Origin: Octopus sinensis
Lineage: Eukaryota
DNA length: 64,000 nucleotides
Reading direction: 5' to 3'
Assembly: GCF_006345805.1 (NCBI RefSeq)
Contig: NC_043008.1
Location: 7,564,001-7,628,000 of the forward strand
Each line of letters starts with the position of its first letter. Positions within the stretch are counted from its first letter, which is position 1. The notes under the pieces were generated by a model. It searched no databases and had not been told where the DNA came from. It saw only the letters and a list, made by a program, of their open reading frames with translations. This document shows positions 28,030 through 41,154 of this stretch, piece by piece. Made by a program: the position numbers and the translations under genes.

Positions 28030-29270
28030 AGAGAGGTGTAGGAGTGATGGGAAGTAATGTAACTGAATTTTGGGAAGTTCAATGGCGATTATATTGTTCC
28101 TTACAAGAAAAGGTGGAGGCAATTCTTGTAGATATTTTGATTGCGACCGTGTCTGTTGGTAGACGGAATATGTTTAAACACACCTATACCATCTCTACAT
28201 CAGGTGCCCCACGCAAAAGAATATATCAAATTCCTGCTTACGAGCAGATTCGAAAGTATTTGGAAATAAATTATAAAAGGGTCACCCTTAATGACATTCG
28301 TGAAGGATTGAGGTTTTAGGGCGACCGTTATTTTGTAGCACAATATGGACATACCGCCAGAGTTAACTGAACTCTCGGTTTGTGAATGGGCATTAGTAAA
28401 TCAACGCGATCAGAATGCTCCACCAGGACTATTGTTTGCAAAGAGTTGGGAAAATAAAGACTTAAAGCTCAATATTTATATCCGAAGCACCAATTGCTAT
28501 ATTTGTGGCAGGTTAAAGTATTTACGATTTTTTGATTGGGAAGGATTTAAAGCTCACATCAACAGAAATGTTAACAAATCCTAGTGGTTGATATTATTCA
28601 GCTGTAACCCGGAACAATCAGCTTTTATATTATTCCCAGGAGTTAATGCCCGAAACAATCCCTCTGAGTCTCAAACAGCGGAGATAATGTGAATTATCTT
28701 CAGCAACAAGAAGAATGCAGAAATCAAACCACCAGTATGCCCTGACACAGATCATCCCCAACAATTCCACTTATGAACACGGGGAAAAGATGGTGGCCAC
28801 TAAAAGGCGTAGGAAATTTCGATTAAAGAACGTTTTGTCAGAAGTGTGCACATTATTGGTGCGGAAAAACCTTCCACATATATAGGAAGTCGAGGCGTGC
28901 GTCGATTACACCAACTTTAACATTGATGATGCAAGGGATAAAATAGTGGGGATACAGAAGGTGGATATAAACAGAATCCTGTTCGACCGAGATCTCAGCG
29001 GAAGCAACATTAAAACAAGCGAGAAAAGTTACATCATCTATTTTTCAAGATTCTTTTGAAAATGATGACGAGGTTTGAGATGATGCAATAATTCCAAGTA
29101 AATTTGTTGTAAGGAGGATTACAGAGACAAGGATAAGGAATAAGTTTGCTCCGAACACGCACCTGTTATTTGGGGAAGAGTATGTCGAAAGCGGCAAACG
29201 TGTCCTAGTGTTCAAGTGTGGTGGACTACTCCTGAGCAGTGGTTGGATATCACCCTCTTTTGCTGAATTA
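28030..29270 (+). mobile_element. Probable decayed L1/Tx1-type LINE: ORF1 remnant and start of the ORF2 AP endonuclease
   Basis: YEQIRKYLEINYKRVTLNDIREGLR; MDIPPELTELSVCEWALV...YIRSTNCYICG (zinc-knuckle-like). Further on are cga-ggt-ttg-aga (RGLR) and FVVRRITETR (~N.RGL...DVVAIQETR of APE). Confidence 0.5.
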
Positions 29271-29395
29271 TCCATCGTTAGAATTTTCCGGTTACCTAAT
29301 TATTTTTGTTATAAATCATTGTAAACACAGAAACTCCTCTACGTAATGTTTTCATCTGCCGCATCACTCTCTTTTGTAAGTTTTACATAGGCCTA

Positions 29396-29396
<1 letters not shown>

Positions 29397-29453
<57 letters not shown>
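29397..29453. repeat. (ATT)n microsatellite
   Basis: Directly visible. Confidence 0.95.
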
Positions 29454-29456
<3 letters not shown>

Positions 29457-32107
29457 ATTAAGTACATGTGTTATTCTATTCTTCTATAATGATAAAGAAA
29501 CTTAACCATATTACCTACTTAGGGAATATTCGGTTTTTGCATAAAACCGTAGAATTAAGCATCTTCTGTCATATTTAATCACGTGATACGAACATGACAC
29601 CATATGAACATGATTCTCAGATCTGAATACAACGCTCGCTGACATTTATAGATAATACACGTCAGTCAAATAGCAAGTAACAAAACATAGTAATTACATA
29701 AAATACGTAATTTATCTAAACGAAGCATTATGTAATATATATAAAACGGAAAATAAGCCTGACTCTGCATATCGAGCAATGGAGGAATAAACAAAAGGTT
29801 GTAATGCAAGCATGGAAATTAATCTAAATTTGAGTAGACACATAAAAGAAAATGTGTTCTTGAGCCGAAACTTATATGTGGATTTTGTGAACAACCTCCC
29901 TAACTCGTGTGGGCTATGAACAACCTCCCTAGCCTACGTATCGGGTATGAAAAATATCTCGTTTGAGCTTTATCATAATTAGAGAATCTCTCAGAATGTC
30001 TAGCATGATCGTCAAAAGTATATCCATTAAAATCTAACAAAGGAATATGTAAACTTAGATATATACTGTAAAAATAGAAAATTTAAACAAAGTCAATGTC
30101 GAACAAACTGTGCCATCCAGGATGTTACACAATAAATTGCGGGAAATAATTTGTCGAAAGAAGATAATACTAGATAAACTGTTTCAATAATAAGAACGTA
30201 TTTCCTTTGGAACTACAGACTTCGCATAATAAGGAGAATCCGATTGATATATCAATGTAAACAACATAGCAGTGGAAATCCTAGTAACTGTGAAAAATTT
30301 GATTCGTATGAGAGACTACATGGAGACAAGATCAAAATAATTATTATGAAATAACACAGTAGTGTAAATATTAGATCCACACACATTCTTTTACATGAAT
30401 GACCGATATTTCATTGTCATAAGAAAGACTGAAAAAGAAAATGCATCCTTTGAAATTGATGGATTCTATATACTCTTCTAAAAGTGCATATGATTTTAAA
30501 CAGACTTCTTGCCATGGAACATCTGAGAAGCCAAAATATTGGAAGCTTACTAAAATTATAGGAATCCCATGCATCTGTTTTTTTTTTTCAAATAGTCAAG
30601 AAGCTCTCAGGGAGTTTAATATAGAAATATTTTTCGTAGGATTAGCAAATGCTTTGTAAGTTGATGCAAAGAAAGAAAGGAACACAAATAGTAATCCTGT
30701 AAGACATTTTCACAAGGCAGAATTTCCTGGAAACAGTTGCTATACTAAATGTAAGTACACAGAGCTATCTACGTATTTCAGTTCCTAATCTATTAACGTT
30801 CTATGTAGACAAAACAAACATATTATATGAATTTCCTCCAAGCTGTAATTACCTCCATGCTTAATGAAATGTTCCACCTCATAAAACGTTTCATTAATAA
30901 GTCACAGGTTATGCCATGCTGATGATTTCTATTATGAATAAAATACTGCTATACGGCTTCAAGAATGAATTGAAATTCAAGAACTTTTTATCAAGTAAGT
31001 AAAACTGATAAATATGTGAAATCTCTGCATCTTTTTCCTTCAAGTCATAAATTTCAAATTAGAATCTCCAATCCTGCTTTGAGTTATGCAGAAATGATTA
31101 TCTCGTTGATAGTAATTGTGACCGTTAGAGGGCACCGTTTATTTTTGATAATACTCTTTAAAATAATTGCAAAATTCTAAAAGTTATTCATTATAGCGAA
31201 AAGTTCGTTTTAATTTACACCATAAAACCAAAGTTCTTTGGCTGATTCGCACCAGACTTACATGTACCTCAATCAAAATAAATATGTCAAAACCAATATT
31301 AAACATTACACATTTATTCTAAATATACTTAAATCAACTTACAGACAACAAAATATTTCAGGTCACAAAAGTGTTCTTTTACTGACATTCATATTTTCAA
31401 AACAAATCATTAAATTTCAGAATAAAAATCAAACTCTGTATTTCATTACAATCAGTGATGTCAATTTAAGTAGCTTCATAATAGTTATTTTATTAAGTCA
31501 TTGGTGATTAATTTCAATATTGATTTTGAAATGCCTATTTTCGTTCTGCTATTCGTTGTTTTGTTAGTAACAAATGAGGAATGGTATTATGTGCCGAATA
31601 TGAATCAGCAATTTGCATTATTGTAGTATAAGCAGTAATTTGGTATATTGAAATTAAAATTGTCTTACGTAGGCAGTATGGCGATTTTATAGGATATGTG
31701 TTACGTGAAGGGAATGCAGTGCTTTAGATTTGTGCCAGACTATATTTTTGGTTTTACTTCGATTTTTGTATTTTAAAAAAGACATATGACAACTACACCA
31801 GTTACCAACATTGTATCTATAATAAGCTGTAATATCCTATAATGATGATGAGGAAGAAGCAACAAGGCTGGAACAGTCCATTCAGATGAATGTTGCCTCT
31901 TGCTATGGTTTAAATGAATGCGTTCTTTTTCACTCTTGGTATAAAATCTCTGTTATTTTCCCGTGGCCAAATGTATGAAGGACAAAATTTTAAAAAATTT
32001 GTGTTTGTGCTCGTGACGATTTAGGAAACAACACGATTGCGATAACATGGTGCCTGAGAAGATACAATGTCTTTAGAAAGATGCTAAGATACCAGTGAGG
32101 GATGAAA

Positions 32108-32325
32108 GTAAAGGTAATGTTAAAGGTAAAGGTAAAGGTAAAGTTAACTTCTTGAGTCATGCCAAATTATAAGGACTGGTTTCCTGGTTTCCATGGCGTA
32201 GGAATTAAATACGTGGACGCTAAACAGACTGGTGCAACATAAAATGGATTGCTTTGCTCAAGAATACAACGCGTCATCACCCCCCGGCCCAAGAATCGAA
32301 ACCACTATCTTACGATCATATGTCT
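32108..32325 (-). mobile_element. SINE family C, internally deleted, with (AAAGGT)n tail
   Basis: ataaggactggtttcctggtttccatggcgtagg is the reverse complement of the 47665 copy's ggaaacggggaaaccagcccttat. Head remnant cttgctcaagaatacaacgc...aatcgaaacc. Confidence 0.7.
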
Positions 32326-32599
32326 CCACTAATGATGGATAAGGGTATCGTATCTTTATTCTCTACACAGTGAGATGTAATATAAGCTGTTCTTCAAGAA
32401 TTCCTCGGGCGTTTCTACAATATGTACAAATTCTTAAAGAAGCCAGTTCGTTATCCTGTTGAACATAGTGAATATCTTAACTGTTATCAAAGCGGAAGCA
32501 CTAAGGAATGTGCCTGATCTTCATAGTATACTCTAGAATGTCTCTATATAAATATGGACTAAAGTATTTGAAATTTAGACTTATCCAGGGAAATTTTTA

Positions 32600-33300
32600 T
32601 ACGTTAAACATCCGCAATATTACGAGCTTGCACGTAGAATCATCGTATCCCGCCAAGTTTAAACGGTTCATTGTAGATCACATCTCGATCTTAAAGACGC
32701 AGAAACCCATCGATGGCATGTTAATTTCTAGCATCATTTTCAGTCTATTGACCACTCTGTACGATTGGACCAATAGCTGATCAAAAGCAGTATATAACTG
32801 ATTGGAATCGAGTAACAAGCCCCTCTCCTGATCCATTCTAACCGAAGCCTGGGTCTGTTACCAATTTGCAACTCTTTCACGAAGACCATCTAACGCCTTT
32901 CATTCCTTCATGCTTTAGAACACGCGCTCTAATTCCGACAATGCTTAAATTGAAAAATCCGCAAACAAACAATCTCACCACTGCCTTTACATTGCGTTTA
33001 TTCTGAGTTAGTTACTAGATCTCATCTATTCCAAAATTTCCTATCAGAATTTATTGATTATTTTCCATAAACATTTTTGGAGAAATTCATTTCACCTCCG
33101 AGTAATATTATCTGTCATTGGCTGAAGTTCTTCAGTCATAGACTGCTGGTGACTAAATAAGGCTGGTACAGGTTCTCATACGGTTGCCCAACGAATTGCT
33201 GGCCAAGGTCTTGCTCGTTTTCTGTGTACTGCTGTTGCACTTCCGATTCCAAGCTATATAGTATCGGGAAAAAAGATGCGATAGACAGGGTTAGTTGCAA
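32600..33300 (-). pseudogene. Possible highly decayed L1/Tx1-like RT fragment
   Basis: Minus strand GLLLDSNQLYTAFDQLL...SMGF loosely resembles GALINLDQSKAFDRV...AAGF. Many stops. Confidence 0.3.
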
Positions 33301-33444
33301 TATTCTTAATTATATCAACATTTAACGAAATTTAACCAACGAACACAGGATTGTAAAAATAAAATAGCCTTGGAGGAATAAAATCAGTGAGCGTGTACAC
33401 GTATACAGGGAAACGTACATGGATACATACATTGTATACAACAT

Positions 33445-33507
<63 letters not shown>

Positions 33508-33512
33508 ATATA

Positions 33513-33607
<95 letters not shown>

Positions 33608-33629
33608 TATACATATTATATATATATAT

Positions 33630-34293
33630 GCAAGGTATGATGAATAAAACTTCGTCTAAAGCAAAAATGAAAATAACACTAACATCTCATTACAATATAT
33701 AAGTTTTTTGCAGAATTTCATAAAAATATTTTGAAATGCTAAAGAATAAATCGATTCAGTAAAATCGCCATCGGCGTCAACCACGCCCTGAAGACGACTT
33801 CGGAATCTTCTGCAACTCTTCTGGGCGGTCTCCTTGCTTACGTTGGTGAATGCTGCCATAATCCTTGCCTTCAGTTCAGGTCAACACTACCTTCTCCAGG
33901 CAGTTGATGTAGACCTCCCTGTTGGGTTTGAGGTCGTATGAGAAGATGAATACAGATATAAGGTTGCCATCATTAGAGACCATTCCAAACACCATGATGC
34001 TGACTGAACGTTTGATATTCATCACTCTCGGTACAGGTCCTCAAATCGCATGGTCCTCAGATTGATACCCAGCCTCTCTGAAATGTTCCTATTGGAACTT
34101 CAGGCGCCAATGTCAAGCAGTACTGCATGTCGTTGCCAAATTTCTGGCAGAGTGAATTGCGTCATGGTCTTGTTTGTCTCACAGATGGTGACCAACTGAC
34201 GCTACTATACTGTGTAGTCGACACAATCAAAAGCAAACAGTGCGCCTGCGCGAAGTTAAAAATTTGAAATGGCGACAAATTACCCCTCGCGAC

Positions 34294-34297
<4 letters not shown>
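33630..34297 (-). mobile_element. Internally deleted (non-autonomous) Tc1/mariner element within (TA)n
   Basis: Minus strand MTQFTLPEIWQRHAVLL, then VPRVMNIKRSVSIMVFGMVSNDG...YINCLEKVVLT, then IMAAFTNVSKETAQKSCRRFRSRLQGVVDADGDFTE (typical C-terminus). The segments are joined across deletions that remove the second and third catalytic motifs. Right end tatacaggtcgcgagggg is TIR-like. Confidence 0.85.
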
Positions 34298-34357
<60 letters not shown>

Positions 34358-34371
34358 ATATATATATATAT

Positions 34372-34433
<62 letters not shown>

Positions 34434-34689
34434 CATATATATATATATATATGTATATGTATGTATGTTTGTAAATATGTATGTATTTATATATTAGACA
34501 GAGAGAGGGGGTAATGAGAATGAAAGAGAAATAGAAAGTGGCATCGGATGTAGCATCGAATGAATAAATCTCATTTTGTAGTGGACTATGTATTGACTAT
34601 AATTGCTATATACAAAACGTAGTGCAAACCTTCAGACTTACATACACTATTTTGAAGAAGTCATGATCATGGCAGACTACATACACACA

Positions 34690-34848
34690 ATCACATATAA
34701 ACACACATGTATACATCATATATATGTATATATATATATGTACTATATATATATAGATACATAAATAAATATATATATATATACACAGGTGCATGTATTT
34801 ATATACATATATATAGTAATACCTAAATACGTACATATATATATATAT

Positions 34849-34880
<32 letters not shown>

Positions 34881-34949
34881 ATATGTATTTAGGTATTAGT
34901 ATATATACGTATATAAGTGTATGCACTTGTGTTTATATAGATATCCAGA

Positions 34950-34987
<38 letters not shown>

Positions 34988-35160
34988 GATATATGTATGT
35001 ATGTATGTATTTAGGTATTACTATATATATGTGTATAAGTGTATGCACTTGTGTATATATGGATACCCATATGTATTTACGAATGTATATACATATATAT
35101 ATGTGTGTGTGTGTATATATATATATATACATATATATATTTATGTAACTATATATATAT
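34690..35160. repeat. TA-rich tract with one inverted and two direct copies of a ~55-bp unit
   Basis: atgtatttaggtatta...aagtgtatgcacttgtg at 34883-34935 and 35001-35058; reverse-complement copy at 34781-34836. Confidence 0.8.
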
Positions 35161-35775
35161 AGTATGTACATACGCATACACACAAATATTGCATTGCAAT
35201 ATTTTAAATATATTTAATGTCTAATGGTATACTTTTGACTATGATACGCAAATATTCTTTAGATCATGCAAGCGTTATATTATTTTTCTTTACTCAAATA
35301 TTCTATTTCATGTCTTTCTTACTTGTCGACCTTGTTTAAATCTCTCTACAATCTTTCTGGATTTCCTTAGATGTAAAGTATTTTTATGTGTAGCTTTTTT
35401 TTTAATGTTGTTCGCACGATCGTTCGCAACTGTCTATATCTCAAAGGGAAAAAATAATCTTTTTTATTTTTCTGGTCACTTTCTCTTATTTGTTTCTTAC
35501 ATTTCTGTTCGTTTCTACTTTCTCCCCTGTATTCTCCTATTTTTCATCAAGTACTAACTGTCTTCTGAATGATACAATAGATAACAAATATGACTTCCAC
35601 GACGGAGTTATTGTATATATCAAGATATTTACGTCAGCTCGCTTGCTTTAAAAAGTTTTGTTCTTAGTCATTAAAACTGGTGAGCCACAGAGATCCTCTT
35701 GTTATTTCTCTGTTTTATAGTTGAGTCCTTAATGAACTGGCGTATTGAGACATATGATGATATTTTATGTGCGTA

Positions 35776-35832
35776 AGGCGGTGCGCTGGCACGCCGGGCG
35801 AAATGCGTAGCCGTATTTCGTCTGCCGTTACA
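35776..35832 (+). mobile_element. SINE family A head with a short internal deletion
   Basis: aaggcggtgcgctggca|cgccgggcgaaatgcgtagccgtatttcgtctgccgttac lacks the gaaacgttagc segment seen at 717-728. Confidence 0.75.
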
Positions 35833-36246
35833 CGCGCACACACATAAGGATATACATATTGAAAGGGGTCGTGGGAAAACTTGGGAAACAATTTTGGGAA
35901 CCACTGTGAAAATTTGCAAACCACTGACTTAAATGTTTGTCATCCCCCCTTGTAGTGGGATTAATTTCTGATAATGATTAGTCATTAATATCTTTAAGCA
36001 TGTTCTATAATTCCATAAGTTGAAGGTAGATGTTAACATGCTCAATATCAGCTTTCAGTTCAAGGAAATTAGCGGTGGGTGTCGGGGTAAATTTGAAACC
36101 TTTCTGTAGATTTATCTCAATTTTGTTCAGGTTCCCATTTGACAAATAGAAACTTAATTCTGTCATTCAAGCAACCAAGAGAAATGAAAAAAAAATCTGT
36201 CTTTTGCTGCTTCTTCATTCAAACTGCATTGAGCTTCATCAGTATC

Positions 36247-36324
<78 letters not shown>

Positions 36325-37239
36325 ATATATATGAAAAAACAAGTCAAAATAGAAAATGCTAACATAATTTTATAAAGAAATACAGTTCTGTGACGGTTAA
36401 AAAAAAACAGTTGACAGCTATCAAATAATTAGAACTTCTGTCACAAACAATCTTCTGCATCTACATTGGAATGATGAACCATATCAGTAATAAGTGAGTT
36501 CCCTGAATAAGAATAATCTGCTCTTAATTAAACCTGATGCGTTTTTATAAGATAGAAAGCCTACATTCATACCCATTCACCGTAATCTCTTCCCCCTTTT
36601 ATTTTTTCCCATTCTTTAAAAGTTTCCTATATATTCATCACTTGTGTAAAAGGCTTATGTCTTTTTCTGAGAATCTATCTCGTACATGCCACAAACCAAC
36701 TGTTATATATGCAACTGATCAACAAAATATAGGTCCTTTTAGGATGAAATTTTCTTCTGACCTTTATAGGAACTTACGTTTGTTGTGTCATTTTTGAGTT
36801 TTAATTTCATTTTTATCTTAGCTATTAATATTCACAATTGTTCGCGCAGTGTTTCGCTGTTGTAAATGCTTATGTATTTGCATTAATAGTAAATAATATG
36901 TTACATCTCCTCTCATGGAAAGACAATTCTACTACACATAAATGTAAGCCGAATTGCTGTTTTATTTACGATTTACTTAAAACTTGAGAATTACTTTAAA
37001 TAAAACACATCTGACGTTGAAGCAGAAAAGCAACTTAAAATATATGGCAAAGAGATTTTTGTAGATCACTAAAAAATAATTTTCTTGTCTCACTATCATA
37101 CTTTCAACACCTACATATACATATTTACATCCTTATACTTAGATACATACATACACATGCACAGTGATAAGGGAATGAAATGAACCGTAACTAATATGTA
37201 CGTCCTCTGATTATTCATGGGTGGTGATTCTATGATTTT

Positions 37240-37635
37240 CCCTTCAAGACTGCACGCACATCTGCGATGCTTTTCTCAGCTCTGCTGCTTCCGGGTCTAC
37301 CAGAACTTTCGTCAACATCGACATCTTTCGGCCATCTAGGAAAGGTCTGAAACACTCGTACACTCGCGTACAGCTCATACCACTCTTCCCTAAACACTTT
37401 CTGCAACTTTGTATTGGCACCCGAGCAGGTAGTGCCATGACAACTTTCTCTTCCATGGTCTGTGCGACAATCACATGCTACACACCTTCCTCCCGAGCTA
37501 GTGAGCTATAACGTCAAAACTTTGTACGCAAGGATTGCAGAGTTTAAGGTCAATATTTGCCAAGCAGCTTCACTCTGTGTGCTTTAGCTTCGGTACTATG
37601 GCAACAGTCTGGATACTTATTGATCCGACCTCGTA
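37240..37635 (-). mobile_element. Mariner 5' fragment with terminal inverted repeat
   Basis: TIR tacgaggtcggatcaataagtatccagact (37606-37635, includes TA). Transposase N-terminus LQKVFREE...DVDVDESSGRPGSSRAEKSIADVRAV (~EDVDDDERSGRPSTS). Confidence 0.85.
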
Positions 37636-37799
37636 CATGTGACGCTATGCATATAAATGTGCATATGCTTGTATTTACGCAAGCATCAGATGTACGTTAA
37701 TATATTTTCTGCAGCATATTTCTGCGTGAATGTGGGTGTAATGACAATTCCAAAGACAAACACACGGTAAATATCCAGGATAAAATGTTTAATGTAATC

Positions 37800-38500
37800 A
37801 CAGGAAAACCCTTACATTATAGAATGCCGAAAAGCATGTCACTAATAGAAACACACGTTCCAGACACACAGTTTAAACAATGAGGAATAACGGCAGCAAC
37901 AGAAGCTGAAGAATGCCTAAAGAATCCCTGAATGATAAATGCTAAATTGAACAAAATTCTTCCCAATCCCTGCCTAAACGTGTCTGGATGCAGGTCAACG
38001 TATTACATGATCCAAAACACACAAACTAATTCTAAACCTGAAATATCCAGAAAAAAAATTATCTTTTCGATAAGCTAACACTTTGGACTCTTGGGGGCGA
38101 CAAATAGCTTTGCAACATTTGTCCAACTAACTATGGATTCCAGCACGAATAGCACAAAATATAATTAGAGCCGCTCAAATAACAAGCAGCTCAAACAAAT
38201 TATAAATAGACTCGCATCGGGAAACCTCGAAGCTCAAAGACAATTAGTTTCAACAGCAACAATTCCAACCGCATGCATTGACTGTAATTTCCTTAAAACG
38301 AAGTAATCGATGAACTAACAATCAGCAAAGGGATATTGCAACAATGACTGTATCGAGGCAACATGTGGGCCGTTTAAATTCACAGACTCATTCTAGGCAC
38401 ACTTCTCTTGCAATATTTATAGAAGGAACATATAATCTCCATCAAAGCACATTTGGAACCTGGGGAGAAAATAAAGAATATTAAGAAAAAATTTCAGCAA
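37800..38500 (+). mobile_element. Possible LINE ORF2 C-terminal relic
   Basis: Coding-like composition with RLASGNLE and a CIDC...E.IDEL-like knuckle; frame broken throughout. Confidence 0.25.
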
Positions 38501-39133
38501 TAATACAGACAGAAACCATTAAATAAATGGCTGCTGAACATGCCATATCTAGGAAAAGATACAGTGTAGTTACGAAAAAATGTGCAAACTGAATAAACGA
38601 AATAAGATGGCGTTATATAGAGGGCAGAATAAACTCATTTTTCAAAACTTCCACTCATTTAGAAGCATGTGCGATATCCGATCGCTCATTATTAACGGGA
38701 AAACACTAATGACTCGAGGAAATATGATATCAAGTACATTCCTGTAAAGACGTAAGTGATAATTGAGATATATCTGTTATAAATTACACATGGATATCAC
38801 ATAGTCAACATAAAAACCGCACTTTTGTGTCACCACGGACATGTGGGCATGCAAAGAATCTAGAACGGCTGTTTTAATGAAAATGTATCAGCAAGTAAAT
38901 ACATAGCAACGAACAAGTTGACCAACAAAAGAGATAAGCAGATAAATGAGTTTTAGTAAAATGGTCAAGCAGAGGAAAGGAGAGAGAGAGAGAGAGGAGG
39001 GGAGAGAAGGATAGGATGAAGGAGGCATTCATATATTTTGTTAACGCTTAATGACATTAAATAAAATAATTAAAATCTCATAAGCTGGATAGAAAAGCGA
39101 AGCCGAGAAATAAAGGAGAACAATAAGCCAATG

Positions 39134-39243
39134 TTAGAAAACAATGGGAAACCATTGCGCTATCTCCACAAAAAATAATGGCAGACCATTGCGCTATCTT
39201 CACAAAACAATGGCAAAACGTTGCGCGATCTTCATAAAACAAC
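39134..39243. repeat. ~32-bp minisatellite, about 3.5 diverged copies
   Basis: Unit approximately aaaacaatggcaraccattgcgctatcttcac, repeated in tandem. Confidence 0.8.
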
Positions 39244-39461
39244 AAATGTAAACTGGTCACCGGAGCAGAAAACTATCCAAAAAATAATAAAAAGCCTACA
39301 GTGCAATGTTTTGTAACAAGCATGGAAAGCTGAATAAAAAAATAAACGTGATTCATATCAAAGAATAATTCGTCTTCATTACACAAGCTCTGTAACTGAA
39401 ATTCTTCGAATATTAACTCATTTCTTATACGAGGTGACTATTTTACAAGATCTTATTAGAT

Positions 39462-39603
39462 ATACATTATTTACATTATTTACAATTGACGGATATTTCT
39501 CCTTACTTTGTTTGTTGTTAACAACGTTTCGGCTGATATACGCTCCAACCTTCATCAGGTCTCTTGGGTTTAGTAGTCCGCGCTCTTAACCACTACGCCA
39601 TAT
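39462..39603 (-). mobile_element. Deleted copy of the tRNA-head/HHR-tail element (A-box head fused directly to the HHR)
   Basis: Minus strand tatggcgtagtggttaagagcgcggactactaaacccaaga-gacCTGATGAaggttggagcgtatatcagccGAAACGTTgttaacaacaaac...tgtaaataatgtaaataatg. Confidence 0.85.
39520..39561 (-). ncRNA. Minimal type I hammerhead ribozyme motif (core intact, stem I short)
   Basis: gac-CUGAUGA-A-GGUUG(loop)CAGCC-GAAA-C-GUU-guu. Conserved core boxes, 5-bp stem II, palindromic ACGU stem III, GUU cleavage triplet, 3-bp stem I. Confidence 0.65.
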
Positions 39604-39604
39604 G

Positions 39605-39700
39605 CTATTCCTAGTTCGATTCCAGGCAGTGACCTAAATAATAATAATAATAATAATAATAACAATAATAGTAATAATGATGATGATAAAAAAAATATAA

Positions 39701-39750
<50 letters not shown>

Positions 39751-39765
39751 TAATAATAGTGATAA

Positions 39766-39802
<37 letters not shown>

Positions 39803-39823
39803 AATAATAATAATATAATAATA

Positions 39824-39878
<55 letters not shown>

Positions 39879-40051
39879 CATCGAAAGATACCTTGAGAAT
39901 GAGAACCCAGGTTCGAAATTTCCCCAAGATACCTGATGAAAGCTGGAGGGTATATCAGCCAAAACATTGTGTTAACAACAAAGAAGATGAGGACAAATAT
40001 CCGTCAAATGTAAATAATGTACATAATTGATCATCTCTTAGATATAGAACT
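39605..40051 (+). mobile_element. tRNA-head (B-box)/(AAT)n/HHR-tail element, 5' A-box missing
   Basis: B-box gttcgattcc (39614-39623); (AAT/AAC)n 39637-39878; second B-box-like ggttcgaaat; degenerate HHR gatacCTGATGAaagctg...cagccAAAACATTgtgtt (39928-39973); tail shared with the 18.2-kb and 45.1-kb loci. Confidence 0.85.
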
Positions 40052-40362
40052 TATTAAATATATTTCAATTACTGAGGCATTTATATAGAGCTCGGTCGTG
40101 AAATATCAGTTGTGTGTACTTTTGTATTAATCCAAGTTTTTCCCCGATGCAGCAAACCTGTATTCAAAGAACTTTCTACTTTGAAACGAATAATTACTTG
40201 GAATTACATTACCCATTGTATTTTTGGATACATTTGCCTGTTCTCTCAAGAATCTTCCTTTCGCTTCGTTATATTGTTAATGGTAACGTAATGTGGTTAT
40301 GTTTCACGTACATAAATTATAGATTAAGTTAATGGCGAAAGTGTTACTTCTAGTGTGGATTA

Positions 40363-40398
<36 letters not shown>

Positions 40399-41104
40399 TA
40401 TATAGTGAGAGAGAGAAAGAGATACATACATACATGGAGAGATGGATATGTGCATGTGTATGCATTGTGTATGTGTGAGTATCAAACCTGTTTATACTCC
40501 TCCCAGTTTAACTGATATTTTACTGATAAATGTTTGATGTCATTTCTTCGATTTAATCCTCCGGAGCTTTTCAATCGTCATAATGACTTTCATAGACGTT
40601 GAAAAACGCACAAGGTTAACATCTGGGATCATTTTTGAAAGGAACGGATTAATCAAAGACTAATCTTATTGTTGATAAAAAAAAACAGAACGAAAGTGTA
40701 TCTATTTACAACTTTATTAAGAAAAATTTTCACAAATTATTATCTGTAATGAAATTAAATTTAAAGAAAATTTTATTATACGATTAAACATAGTAAAAAT
40801 ACAGCAGAAACTTGAACTTGTTAACTTGAACATTGAGTCGTTTGACATAGAAAATAGAATTATTGTAACTCATGAAAACGGAAACTTCCACAATAAATTA
40901 ATTCAGAACACATCCAATGAATGTTGAATTTGATGCCGAATTTGAAACAAAATAATCGTAGAATGCAATGCGTTTCTCTTTTGTTTTCCCGCTCTGTTGC
41001 TTCATGCAGACATGCCACGCACATACATACACGTACAATCACTCACTCACACGCATGTATACATACATATACACACATATCTGCATACATATGTGTGTGT
41101 ATGC

Positions 41105-41154
<50 letters not shown>

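Noticed and set aside
39134-39243. CRISPR-like ~32-bp repeats
   Set aside because: The units are tandem and diverged, with no unique spacers and no cas genes, in eukaryotic DNA. It is a minisatellite.
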